A stretch of 64,000 bases of DNA from Camelus dromedarius (GCF_036321535.1 NC_087436.1:109122001-109186000), one strand, 5' to 3'; positions 27,487 to 39,062 are shown, numbered from the stretch's first letter. Numbers and translations are program-made. The notes: generated by a model from the sequence alone, not told the origin.

Positions 27487-27989
27487 GAGGGATTTCAGTG
27501 TGGTAGAAGGCAGAGACAAAGAATTGAGAAATCGACAGCCTAAGAGACGTTAAAGAAGTTTTCTCTCAAAAATGAAATTAAAAGGCAAATTCTATGTTAT
27601 TAAAAGATAGTGATAGAAATGACAGTGGCAACCGTGAGCATCTATCACGCTCAGGCATCCTGGGTGACAGCACTGTTACATAATTGCTAATTCTAAAAAA
27701 ACAAAACCCAGTGATGGGGTCAAAATGTTCTCCACTTATAGCTGATGAAGGCTCCTGAGTTACAGCTGAGGCCAGGATTCTAACATACATGTGTCTGACT
27801 CAGAGCCTAGAGGCGAGGAACCCCACCAACAATGAAAGCCACCACACCTGCAGTAAAACCTATATGACACATTTAAATATTAACTTGGTCGAATTTTTTT
27901 CTGAAGGCAACTTTTTGGGAAAACGAGAGAATAAAAATAAAACAAGATGATAACATTATATACATCTACGGTTTTCTCTTTCATTGATT

Positions 27990-28780
27990 TCTCCACCATC
28001 CCCCTTCCTTCAGCCTGTCTCCCCCTTTTCCACTTGCCACAATGCAATCAGTGGCAGGGGGTCACTTGATCATTCTCTTCAAGTTCCCCACCCTATGCTC
28101 AGCCTCCTGAATCTTCGACAATAAGCCTGTCTTCTAATTTGCTGGGAAAACGGAAGCCCTCTAGCGAATGCTGCTTTCCTTCCCCTTCCACGCTGATCAG
28201 TGTACCTGGGCCCGCGGTGGCCCTCGCCCAGCTTCTCCTCATCTCTGAGGACATCCTGTGTCTCACAGAGTTCTTCCTGTATGTGCTAAATTAATATTCC
28301 TTTTGTCTCGATAGTCAGATGGTGTTGTCACCACCAAACCGATAGATGCTCCAGCCCAGCATCCGCCACTTCTGACGTGTTTGTCTTCCTTAAAAGTCTT
28401 TGTCTCCTGGTTCTCTTCTCGCCACACTGAGTGCTCCACCTCGATCTCACCTTTTATTCCTCTTCTCCAGGGAAACCATTATATAATGATGCTCTGCAGG
28501 GGTTATTAAGTCATGTACTTTCAAGGATTCCGTTGTCCTCAAATATTCCAGGATGACGTCTAGAATGTACTACTTTCAGCACCCAAATTGCCAAGTACAG
28601 TATTAAGTGTTCAATAAATACTTGGTAGTCCTAGTTCTAAAGCCATTCACGGTCTAGTTTCAAAATAACATTTTTAGTTTCTTTTTTTTGGGTTGTCTCC
28701 TGTTCTGCCCAATAGCTGGTGATGACATGATCTCTTAGCCATGGTTCAATAAACTTGTGATGAATGAATGAATGACCAAT
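27990..28780 (+). mobile_element. L2 fragments ending in a (TGAA)n tail
   Basis: Pyrimidine-rich body, gtgttcaataaatacttg and ttcaataaacttgtgatgaatgaatgaatga. Confidence 0.5.
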
Positions 28781-29439
28781 TCATGCAAGCGCCTTGAGCT
28801 AAAAGTTAACTGCTTGGGCTAAAATGCATTTAAACTTTATGAGAAAATGTATCATTTATATGCCTTGTCCCCTAAAGCACCGATCTCTTGAACCTTTAGT
28901 CTCCAAGGTTCTGTCCTCAAGAAATATTTTAGATCTTTTCCAAGAAGGCAGCTATCTCTCATGTGGAAAGAAATTAAATCCAATCCGTTTGTGTCTGTGC
29001 ACAGTAAAATGTAAGTCAGAATTTCAGAAGGCCTTTTAAAAAGACCAAAGTGAATCCATTGTGCCCTACTCAATACTTTGTCTTTTAATAAAAGACTTTA
29101 TAATCACCAAAGCTGTGTGTGTGCACCCACAAATAATGTGCACAGTATATGGGGAAAATGCCACTGCATTCTTTGATATATTGCTATAAAGAACCCAGAG
29201 ACTTCCCAGGCATGATGTGACCTATGAGACACAAAATTCTATTCAAGTCTAAGACTCATATTCATGTGACTTATTCTAGTCACTTCCAAACTACTGGAGC
29301 AAGGAAAAGTACCTTTTTCTATTTCAATATGTTATTAGCAAAATTTTCACTTCCTTTTATATTCCTCAGCCTTCTCTCACAACTGAAAAAGTCTCAATCC
29401 GTAACCTGTCTAAACATCCCCTAGGAAAACAGTAAGCAG

Positions 29440-30100
29440 ACATGCAACTTTAGCCATCATTTCAGTTGAAGGGAAACTTCCATGGGGCTCACTGGCAATG
29501 CAGCAAAGCCTCCTAACATTTCTGCCTCACTCTCAAGATAAATCTCACCGAGCACATGAAGACTCTGCTTCCAAGCTGTGCCCTCTCCAAGTCGTCCTCC
29601 CCGGCTCCAAGTGAGTAACTCTTGAAACACAAACATACTCACTTCCTCCTACTTTACAGAGCTTTTGAAATCTGCAGTGTGTGATTTTGTTCCTTTTCCA
29701 GTTTCATGTTGTAGCCTCATCCATGTATCCATGTTCCATAGCATTCATGATGCTGGTCCCCTTTCCCAACACACTCCGCCTCCTCCTACTTGGCTGGGGG
29801 CCCCTGTAATACCACCCTGTCCACCTGCCCCTCACCCCACACACACCTCCTTTCTCCCCTGAGGAGTAGCCATGAGCTCATTAAGACCTCCATCTAAAAC
29901 TCGTTTTCCTTTCTCCCCATTTTCCTCCCCACCCACGACCATCACATTTGTATTTTTCTTTCTCCACTCTCACAAAGTGACCTACGCATACTTTGATGGA
30001 TTCATTTGCTTGGTTGTGATATTATTCTATTCTTGTTTATTACAATCTGAGTTGGGTTTTCCAACTAGGCTAAATCATGCCTGGGACATAATAATTACAT
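29440..30100 (+). mobile_element. L2 relic
   Basis: ctcttgaaacacaaacatactc...ctttgaaatctgc; pyrimidine-rich L2 3' region. Confidence 0.45.
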
Positions 30101-30454
30101 AGAAAACTTTTTCTCAGTAAAAGACTTTACAGTCTTTATTGAGTGGAAACAAACTAGTTAACAAGTAAAGTTCTGGGCTGTGGTGCAGAAGATGCAATGT
30201 CTGCAGACGGGATGTTCGATGATCTACAAAGGAGGGACCACAGTCGGCGCCTGGTGGGCAGGGGGCAGGTGTTGTCGAGAAGCCTTTCTTGCACCTTGGA
30301 AGTTGCTCTCTTCTAAGCAGACCTCAAAGGCTGTAACATCTTTAACTCAGACGTAAAGGACACTGATTATGAGTATGTGTGTGCATACTGTGTATTTGTG
30401 TGAGTACCTGTTTGTTTGTCTTTTAGAGAGAGAGAAAGGGGAAGAGAAAAAGAG

Positions 30455-30502
30455 AGAATGAGTGAGTGAGTGAATAAATGAATGAATGAATGAATGAATG
30501 AA
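30455..30502. repeat. (GAAT/GAGT)n microsatellite
   Basis: Seen directly. Confidence 0.9.
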
Positions 30503-30619
30503 AGTGTATGTTTGGACAAGGCAGCAGGGGCCTCAGTTACCAGTGCCACTATCATTTCACAGCGAGTGCACATAGGAAGGAAACAAACCATGCTGTTGGC
30601 TGTATTAAAACTGCATTTG

Positions 30620-30748
30620 AGAGGGAAGGTATAGCTAGAGTGCATGCTAAGCATGCATGAAGTCCTGGGTTCAATCCCCTGTACCTCCTCTGAAAATAAA
30701 TAAATAACCAACCTAATTATCTCCCCACCCCCCACCCAAAAAAACCCT
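30620..30748 (+). mobile_element. tRNA-Ala-derived SINE of the camelid Vic-1 type
   Basis: gggaaggtatagct-agagtgcatgctaagcatgcatgaagtcctgggttcaatcccctgtacctcc, then aaataaataaata..cctaattatctcccc; B box GGTTCAATCCC at 30668-30678; TSD ctgcatttg at 30611-30619 and 30749-30757. Confidence 0.85.
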
Positions 30749-32427
30749 CTGCATTTGTGCCAAATTTATATGAAAGATTGTAAATTCTTTGCAAGAAGTA
30801 TAAAGACATCAAGATGCAAGGAAACGGTCACTTGTCCATGGGGCACAAGACATATTAGTGACAAGGGCATCAGTGAATGAGATAAAATCCAGGTTGTAGA
30901 AGAAGAGGATCTGAGCTGGACCAGGACACAGCCGCCCCCTCTGCTGCTCTGACCACCACAGGTGTTCACCAGGAGCGGATTTAAAGTCCATATTAAAATC
31001 ACATTGTTTATTAGTTTGCTGTTTAGGAACCAAACATTTGCTGTTTAAGAAGATAATTTTTTTTTTCACATGGAAGCTTCCCCTTTCCAAGTAATCCTGT
31101 TGTGGGCTTGGGTAAAAAGTCCTGTCGACTCCAAGTCAGATATTTTAGTCAGGGTGTAGTACAATTTTGATTGCAGGGAAAAACCTGTGCTCAGATGTGC
31201 AGAGAAACTAAAGTGCTTTGTAAAGGCCTGGTTTTGTCGGGTCATCCTAACTCCTTCACTGGTGAATTTGCTAAAAATCATGCCTATCCACTTCTCCAAA
31301 CACTAGCGTATAATTAACGAAATGCATTTTAGTTGGACACAGAAGAAATGGAAGTTATCTCAATATTGGCCGGCATACACTGCACTTTACAAACAAATCC
31401 AATCCATGTCAAATAAGGGTTCTAAAGTAGCTTCTAGAATTTAAGTCACAAAGGCTCTGCATCCACCTGAGAAAATGGCAACTTCAATTTCATCGGTGAT
31501 ATTATTTAACAGACGTCACGAAACCGATGAGATCATTTCAGTGGATTTTGTGCGGCCCCTGTTTTACTCTTTGTGTTGTTTTCTCTTGCCTATATTTCAG
31601 TGCTTTCTGAGGCTGTACGCGTCTGCTGAAGCTCACAATATACTATGCTATTTACAAACCTGCAGCAGTCAACATCTGTAGAAAGGTTTCAGAAATTGAT
31701 TTAAAGTCTGCAACATAAGCATATCCAATCCTAACGGTACACAGGACAATGTATCTTCTTTGGGAGACTGACACAAGGCTCGCACTCTGACTGGTGATAA
31801 TGCATCCTTGCCAAGCCCAGATGTAGTTTCAACTCCAGGGAGATGCAGCCTAATGATGGATCGGTATAACCCCATCGTGCTAACATTTGTATCTGGAAAC
31901 CCCACAGTGTAGCTCTGACAATATACATTTTTTTTTTATTTCCCCTACTATGTTTCTTCAAGTATATCAAGATGTTCTGCCAAGATGACCAGCGTATGAT
32001 TGAATTTAATGGTATTTAAAGATATGGCAGACTGCTGTCCAAAGCGAACTTTTCATAGTTGGGACTTTTATCGATTAATTGCACTTCTGGCAACCTCACT
32101 GAAAATTAAATTAAGTGGTGGAACTATTTCATTAGAAGGCTTTGGCAAAAGAACCCTAAGAGATGGAAAACGCTATACATTCAAAAATGGCAGATGAGCC
32201 ATTTTTGAGTCCTAGGTCTTAACTTTATGTCTTTCTCTCCTGCTTTGCAGTGTTTCTCAAGGGCAGGGGCTGAACTCCATTTATCTACAGTTCCTAGCAG
32301 AGTCCACAGCACAAAGCAAACACTTAATAACAATCACTAAATCCACACAAATGGATTCAGATATTAGTATATTGGGAGCTTTGTAATCCAAGTTTGAAAC
32401 AAAGCCCCTTTACTAAAGAAATGAGTG

Positions 32428-32877
32428 GTTATTAGTGGTTGAACTGTGTTCCCCTCAAATTCATATGCTGAAGTCCCAACTCCCCACCCCAGACACTCAG
32501 AATGTGACCTTATTTGGAGAGAGGGTTTTCACAGAGGTCATCAAGTTAAAATGAGATCATGAAGGTGGGCCCTAAACCAAGAAGGCTGGTGTCCTTATAA
32601 AAAGAGTAAATTTGAACACCAAGACAGACGTACATGAAGGGAGAATGCCACATAGAGAGGGCAGAGATGGGGTGATTCTGCAACAAGCCAAGGAATGTCA
32701 CCCCCAGAAAGTATGGTGAGAGCCATGGAACTGAGTCCTGCTCACAGCCCAGGGAAAGAGCCAACCCTGCTGACACCTGCCACTTCAGGCCGAAAGCACT
32801 GGGAGACAATACATTTCTGCTGTTTAAGCCACCCCATTTGTCACCCTTTGCTACAGCAGTTCTAGCAAACTAATGCA
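32428..32877 (+). mobile_element. MLT1 (MaLR) solo LTR, MLT1B/C-like
   Basis: ggttgaactgtgttcccctcaaattcatatgctgaagtcc...aatgtgaccttatttgga...tttaagccaccc...gcagttctagcaaactaatgca. Confidence 0.9.
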
Positions 32878-33009
32878 CTGGCCTCAAACAACACATTTTA
32901 GCCTCTGTGGGTCTCATCTGTAGGATGGAAATAATACCTCTGCACTGTGTCTAACACGGTTAGTATGCAGTAGGTGGTACCCTTGAAAATGATGAGGAAA
33001 AGAATAATC

Positions 33010-34080
33010 CACCCAACAAATATATATCAAGCACCTTTCCTGTGCAGAGTTCTACTTTACTTTCTGGATGATGGCTGTAAATGAGACTTAATGCTCACAG
33101 AGCTAACACCCTAGTGAAAGAAGACAGATAGTAGCAGATAAGTAAATAACACAGTATGTCAGATGATAAGAAACTCTGGAGAAAAATAGAGCAGGGAAGG
33201 GGAATATGAAGTAAGGAGTTTAAAGAATAAAATTTTATATAGTCTTGCCTGCATTGATAAAATCTGAAAAAAGATTTATAAAAAGGATATGAAGGAGGTA
33301 GCAAGCTGTGGGGCTAACAGGGGGAAGAACATGCCAGGCAGAGAGAGCAGCAAGTGCAAAGGACCTGAGGTGGAAATATTCAGACATACTGTGGTAACAG
33401 CAAGGTGCCAAGTGTTGATGAACAGAATGAGCAGGGTGAGCGTTGTGGGAGGTGACTTCTCGGAGAGAGTATGGGAGTCAAGATCAGGTGGGGACTAGAA
33501 GACCCGTGATGAAGCCACTCGGCTTCTAGGAGGCCACAGCAACACAGACCACTGCAGAGGTGACATCGTCTAGCAGGTTTTAACAGCATCACTCAGGCTG
33601 CTGTTTGGAAAATCACAGGAAAGGAGGTAAAGTGGAAGCTAAAAAAGCAGTTAAGAGGTTATTCTGATAACTGAGTGAGTGTTGTTGGCAGCTTGGGCCA
33701 AGCAGTGGAGATGATGAGCTGTGGTAAGATTCTGCATCTATTTTGAATGTAGAATTAGCAGGATTTGCTTTAGGACTGAATATGGAGTGGTGTTCAAGAG
33801 GGCCATCAAGGAAGACCATGGTTGCTTGACTTGAGCAAGTAGAAGATGCCATTCTTGAGAAGAGAAAATAAGCAGGAGCAGCTGGTTTGGGAAGCAGGGC
33901 CAGGAACTCAGATTTGCACGTAAGATGGAGATTCTGCCAATCAGATATCCAAATGGAGATGGAAGGTAGGCAGTGGGATGCGAGTCTGGATTCTGGAGAT
34001 CAGAGGCTGGCTAGGGATACAAATTTGGGAGTACATAGAGGATCTAAATTCAAGAAACTGAATGAGGTCACGAAGTGAAT
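33010..34080 (-). mobile_element. L2 (L2a-like), about 1 kb
   Basis: aggttttaacagcatcactcaggctgctgt, gtaagattctgcatctattttgaatgtagaattagcaggatttgct, gatatccaaatggagatgg. Confidence 0.88.
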
Positions 34081-34094
34081 TTGACAAAAATGTT

Positions 34095-34210
34095 ACATTT
34101 ATTAAGCGTTTACTGTATTCCAGATGATTTTCTAAATGTTTTATGTATGTTATCTCCTTAATCCTTGTAGCTAACCCTAAGGTGATTCAATAGCTTGCAT
34201 TTTACATTCT
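34095..34210 (-). mobile_element. MIR fragment
   Basis: acatttattaagcgtttact...ttatctccttaatccttgtagctaaccctaaggtg. Confidence 0.6.
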
Positions 34211-34315
34211 CTCTAGTTTTCAGACTTTGTCTTCTTTTACAAAGAAAGCTGTTTTTCATCAATTTAAGCATTGCTGATCAAGAAACAGTGCAACACAATT
34301 ATTTTGTATCTAAAC

Positions 34316-34505
34316 CAAGGGTCAGCAGACTTCTTCTGTAAAGGGCCAGACAGTAAATGTTTTAGGCTGTGCAAGTCATATGGTTTCTGTTACAGTTCTA
34401 TGATTGTAGTAAGAAATGGATGTGGTTGTGTTCCAATGAAACTTTACTTACAAGACCTATCAAAGGGCAGGATTTGCCTTGTAGGCTGTAGTTGGCAGAT
34501 CCCTG
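34316..34505 (+). mobile_element. MER58A (hAT-Charlie) MITE with perfect 8-bp TSD
   Basis: caagggtcagcagacttcttctgtaaagggccagacagtaaatgtttagg...tagttggcagatccctg; atctaaac at 34308-34315 and 34506-34513. Confidence 0.92.
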
Positions 34506-34550
34506 ATCTAAACAAGTAATTTTAATTAATTTAATGTTTCATGTTGAAAT

Positions 34551-34613
34551 ATCAGAAGACAAATAGTAAAATTAAAAACATCAGAAGACAAATGTTAAAA
34601 TCAGAAGACAAAT
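34551..34613. repeat. Three copies of ATCAGAAGACAAAT
   Basis: Copies at 34551, 34580 and 34600. Confidence 0.9.
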
Positions 34614-35036
34614 ATTCAGAAAAGTAGCACAAAATTTCGTCACTGAGCAAGGTGCTCTCAATATCAAATTAGAGGCTTGCAGATTTCATATTACAGTGGT
34701 CTTGAGATTCAGAGTATCTCAGAATCCAGGAAATTCCATTAAAAAAAAATGACCTCATGGGCCTCATCTGAGACAACTCCAGATTTTCCGTAAGATGGGT
34801 TCTAGGGATGGAAACATGATGGAAGGAAGGAGGCCAGGTGCTCATATGGAAGTACTGACTGCCTTAGCAATTACACAGTTGTTACCTAGATTGTTTTAAG
34901 AGGTGGTGTGACTTTGGGGAAGCTAATGGACGTTTTGTGCAGGGAGGTCATTTGTTCATTTGAGTACTTAATCTTCTGCTCTGGAAAGTGGCTGTTTATA
35001 ATATGAGGCCTCACAACTTCAGAAGGACTTCAATGA

Positions 35037-35497
35037 TTTTTTAAATTGAAGTATAGTTGATTTACAATATTATGTTGGTTTCTGGTGTACAGCACAGTGA
35101 TTCAGTTATTGCACATATATATATATATTCTTTTTCATTACAGGTTATTACAAGATAGTAAATGTGGTTCCCTGTGCTATACAGTAAATCCTTGTTGTTT
35201 ATCTATTTTACATATAATAGTTTGTATCTGGCAATCCCAAACTCCTAATTTATCCCTTCCCTACCCTTTTCCCCTTTGGTAAACATGTTTGTTTTCTATG
35301 TCTGTGAGTCTGTTTCTGTTTTATAAATAAGTTCATTTGTATCATTTTTTTAAGATTCCACATATAAGTGATATCATAAGATATTTGTCTTTTCTCTGTC
35401 TGACCTACTTCACTTAGTATGATGATCTCCAGGTCCATTCATGTTGCTGCAAATGGCATTATTTCATTCTTTTTTATGACTGAGTAGTATTCCATTC

Positions 35498-35544
<47 letters not shown>

Positions 35545-36197
35545 CGCGCACGTGTGTATATATATACCATAACTTCTTTATCCAGTCACCTGCCGATGGG
35601 CATTTAGGTTGCTTCCATGCCTTGGCTATTGTAAAGAGTGCTGCTATGAACACTGGGGTGCATGTATCTTTTTGAATGGGAGTTTTCTCTGGATATACAC
35701 CCAGGAGTGGAGTTGCTTGATCACAGGGTAACTATTCTTAGATTTTTAAAGAATCTCCATAATGTTTTCCATAACAGCTGCACCAAATTACATTTCTAAC
35801 AACAGTGCAGGAGAGTTCCCTTTTCCTCACACCCTCTCCAGCATTCGTTATTTATGAACTTTTTAATGATGGCCATTCTGGTCATTGTGAGGTGATACCT
35901 CATTGTAGTTTTGATTGGCATTTCTCTGATAATTAGCAACATTGAGCATCTTTTCAAGTGCCTATTGGCCATCTGTATGTCTTCATTGGAGAAATATCTG
36001 TTTAGGTCTTCTGCCCATTTTTTGATTGGGTTGTTTGGTTTTTGTTATTGAGTTGTGTATGAGACATGTATATATTCTGGAAATAAAGCATTTGTCAGAC
36101 ACATCGTTTGCAAATATTTTCTCCAAGTTCATAAGTTGTCTTTTTGCTTTGTTTATGGTTTCCTTTGCTGTGCAAAAGCTTGTAAGTTTGATTAGGT
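35037..36197 (-). mobile_element. 5'-truncated cetartiodactyl-type L1 (about 1.15 kb) with internal (TG)18(CG)6
   Basis: ttttttaaattgaagtatagttgatttacaat...gaggtgatacctcattgtagttttgatt...tttgctgtgcaaaagcttgtaagtttgattaggt. Confidence 0.95.
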
Positions 36198-36419
36198 ACA
36201 GGATTCTTATGATTCGAATGCTTACTATGAGATGATATATATGGCAGGACATATAAATTATAGTTCAGTACTATCAGACAATAATTAAAGTTAACGATCC
36301 CAAGAATAATTAATAATATGAGGATATGTTCATTTTGCTATGGTAAGCGATTATGCGGGAGACGAAACTCCATATGCGATATGTTCTCAATTTTTAGAAT
36401 TTGGATAACTTCAAAATGT

Positions 36420-37150
36420 TCCTTGCATCTGTAATCTTCTTTCTATTTCTACCACCATTACTCTTGGCCAGGCCTTAACACTTTTCACCTAAACTGTAAT
36501 ATTAGCTTCCTAAAAACAGACTTTCTAGCTCCAATTTACTCCTTCAAATCTCCACCCGTCAGCACCCCTCCCAAAATCAAAGCAACTAGCAGATTGTGCC
36601 ATCACTTCTTTATTTTAACGTGAACCTCATTTAATCACCTCTTTCTCTAAATCTGTTAAGTGGATCTCTAATGCAAACAGAGTAACGACCTGACGACAAA
36701 GTTCCTCCTCTAATTATTCCATCCTATCTTCTCACTTATATCCCACCACATTCCATACATCTGTGATCCAATCCAATCCTTTAATGAACATGCCTTCCCC
36801 TCACCACCCCTCAGCATTTTCTCAAGGTTCAGACCCAGTCACCCCAAGATATAAGTCCTTTTTCTTATTTTAATGGTGAAGTCCAATGAGCTGAAATCTC
36901 ATCTCCCGCAAGAGACATTCTTTCCTCCCCCCTCCTCCCCCCACTCCGCGCCCTCCCACCCCTCTGCCTGCATCCCAGTCTGCTCGGTGCCCTTGCTTCA
37001 GAGCCAGAATCTGCCTTCACCAGAGGGCTATCCTCCGGAATTCAGGAACCCTGTTATTTCTCCTGTTGATATTTCTCCAAGTCCAAAACACAGAGAGGTA
37101 GACACAAGAGAGTCTGTAACTCTTTTAATTCAAATTAAGTATTAGGTAAG
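36420..37150 (+). mobile_element. L2 relic
   Basis: ttctaccaccattactcttggccaggcc...ttcacctaaactgtaat..agcttcctaa. Confidence 0.5.
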
Positions 37151-38530
37151 TATTTGACAGCCTAAGTCCTTACTAAATGCAGTTTAAGAGAACTTTTGTC
37201 TGAAACCATCTATTAATACATTGATTTTCAGTCAGAATTAGTTATCCAAGGAATTTTACCCTCCAAACACATGTATCACTCACAGTAATTAAAGATGAGT
37301 ACTAATCATTAAACTCTATCATCGTGTACAGAGCATCTTTGAATAAATTAGAAAGAGGCAGACAAATTATAGATAAATAATGAAGGCATTCCTTCTGCCC
37401 GGAAAGCTGGAGTTAAAAACCCACTAGCCAGTTGGGTATCCTTGTTCAGAGAGTAACTCGCTCATCAACCATGTAACGTGGCTCTGCATTATTGCTCTCT
37501 TTTTCTGGGAGATTAATTTCACACTGAATCCTAAAATTAGACCAAGAATGATGATATGATGGCAGAAACAGCTTCCTACACTGAGAGGGGGAAATGACAT
37601 GGTGGTTTTATTTTGACATGAAAAGAATATACAATGTATTTTGTCTAAACAGGAGAAAGGACTATAAACAAACCAATTGCTGGGAATATAAAAACACATA
37701 TTTGGGCTTCTTTATTTACGTTAATTATCAGGTCATATTTTAACAACGTGTCATTAAGGGGGTTTAATTGCTTTCCTTGTCCAACAAATTCTTTTGTCAA
37801 ACTGCCCTTCTTTCACCTCTGGGTAGGTAATGAAAGTTCCACCTCCGTGGAGCCCTTGGATGGGTCACGGGGCAGAAATGCCTACTCTTTCCTCTGTCGG
37901 CCTTAAGCCAAGGCTGTGCCAACGCCAGGCCAAAAGGCTTTCTGGCAACTCCCACTGGTTTTGATCTGGCCGGTGGTGGCTGATTCAGAAGCTAACCAAA
38001 TAAAGTGTATGGTGTCCACACACAAAGATGCGTTGAAGACTTTTTTCCCTATGATTATTTTGCAAATATTCCTTAATTCACTGACAGCAATAGTACCATA
38101 GGTAACGTGGTTTTTTAAGAGGATGGGGAGGAGGTAAGAGAATGCAACGTAGTTAAAAAAGAAAAAAAAATTACTTTTTGTAATAAAAAAAAAAAAAACT
38201 ATGGTTCTTCTTAAGTATATTTTATCACAGCCAAAACGGTCCAAATTAGAGCCCACATACTCAAACAAACACTTTAATTAAGCATAGAACACACCCCTCA
38301 TGTTTCTGTTCACAAGGGTTTTTTTGGAAATTAAAGTAATGAATCTATTCAAGAACATCAAGGATTTTTTTTTAAAGTGTTCTCCTAATTGTATAATTTT
38401 TCTCTAGCTTGTAAAATGCCTGATAAGGACAGATTTTCCAAAATATTCCCTTCATATCACACGGTGAGAAGTCCTTTGAAGGCAGCATTTATGCACTTAG
38501 GACAGACCCGTTAACTCTAAGTCACTTTTC

Positions 38531-38549
38531 TTCGCACCTCTGGTGGCCA
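38531..38549 (-). promoter_or_regulatory. Partial CTCF-like motif
   Basis: Minus strand TGGCCACCAGAGGTGCGAA: first 13 positions fit the consensus, 3' part is offset by one base. Confidence 0.35.
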
Positions 38550-38660
38550 AGTTGAGGGGAAAAAAGAAGAAAAAGGCACACAGTCTGCCGCAGTGAGTGA
38601 AGGCTCTTCAGCCCTTTCACAATGTTCAAGTCAGTCAGGGTCCGCGTCGTGAGATCTTAC

Positions 38661-38760
38661 CTCATTTCCCACACAGTTTCTGACCTATTTTGTCTGCCTT
38701 TTCTCAGAAGGATTTTGCTTGCTCCACTGTCGACTAAGCAGTAAACTAATTATCTTGTTC
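38661..38760 (-). other. Candidate alternative (internal first or cassette) SLIT2 exon; 5' boundary unknown
   Basis: Minus strand gtgtgggaaATGAG|GTAAGA: strong donor at 38660, phase-compatible with the 3564 acceptor; in-frame TAA upstream at 38750-38752. Confidence 0.3.
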
Positions 38761-39029
38761 AAATCCCTTTGTACCGCCCCTAATCCTATTAGTTATAAGA
38801 ATGTCTGAATACTGATTGCAAACCTTTTTTTCTTCCCTCCCCTTTCTTTTTAAAGAGAGAGAAAGGTCCAGGGGTTTGGTCCGCTAGTCAGTCCAGTGGA
38901 CTGAGGCAAAGACAATGCTGGCCATCCAAAATCCTGGGCCACCTAAGCGTAGCGAGAAAACCCTCTCCTGTCATGCATCCATTCCTTCGTTCATACGCTC
39001 TTGCTCTCTCTCTCTGTCTTTTTCACACA

Positions 39030-39030
<1 letters not shown>

Positions 39031-39060
<30 letters not shown>
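39031..39060. repeat. (AC)15 microsatellite
   Basis: Seen directly. Confidence 0.95.

Positions 39061-39062
<2 letters not shown>

Noticed and set aside
30620..30690. tRNA-Ala gene
   Set aside because: D-arm/A box deleted; SINE tail and TSD present, so it is a SINE.
31490..31530. Inverted repeat tcatcggt...accgatga as a possible miRNA or hairpin
   Set aside because: Only an 8-bp stem with a 25-nt loop, expected by chance; no miR-218 sequence was seen (miR-218-1 lies in a downstream intron).
34551..34613. Repeat-spacer-like pattern as a CRISPR array
   Set aside because: Mammalian intron, 14-nt units, irregular short spacers, no cas genes.
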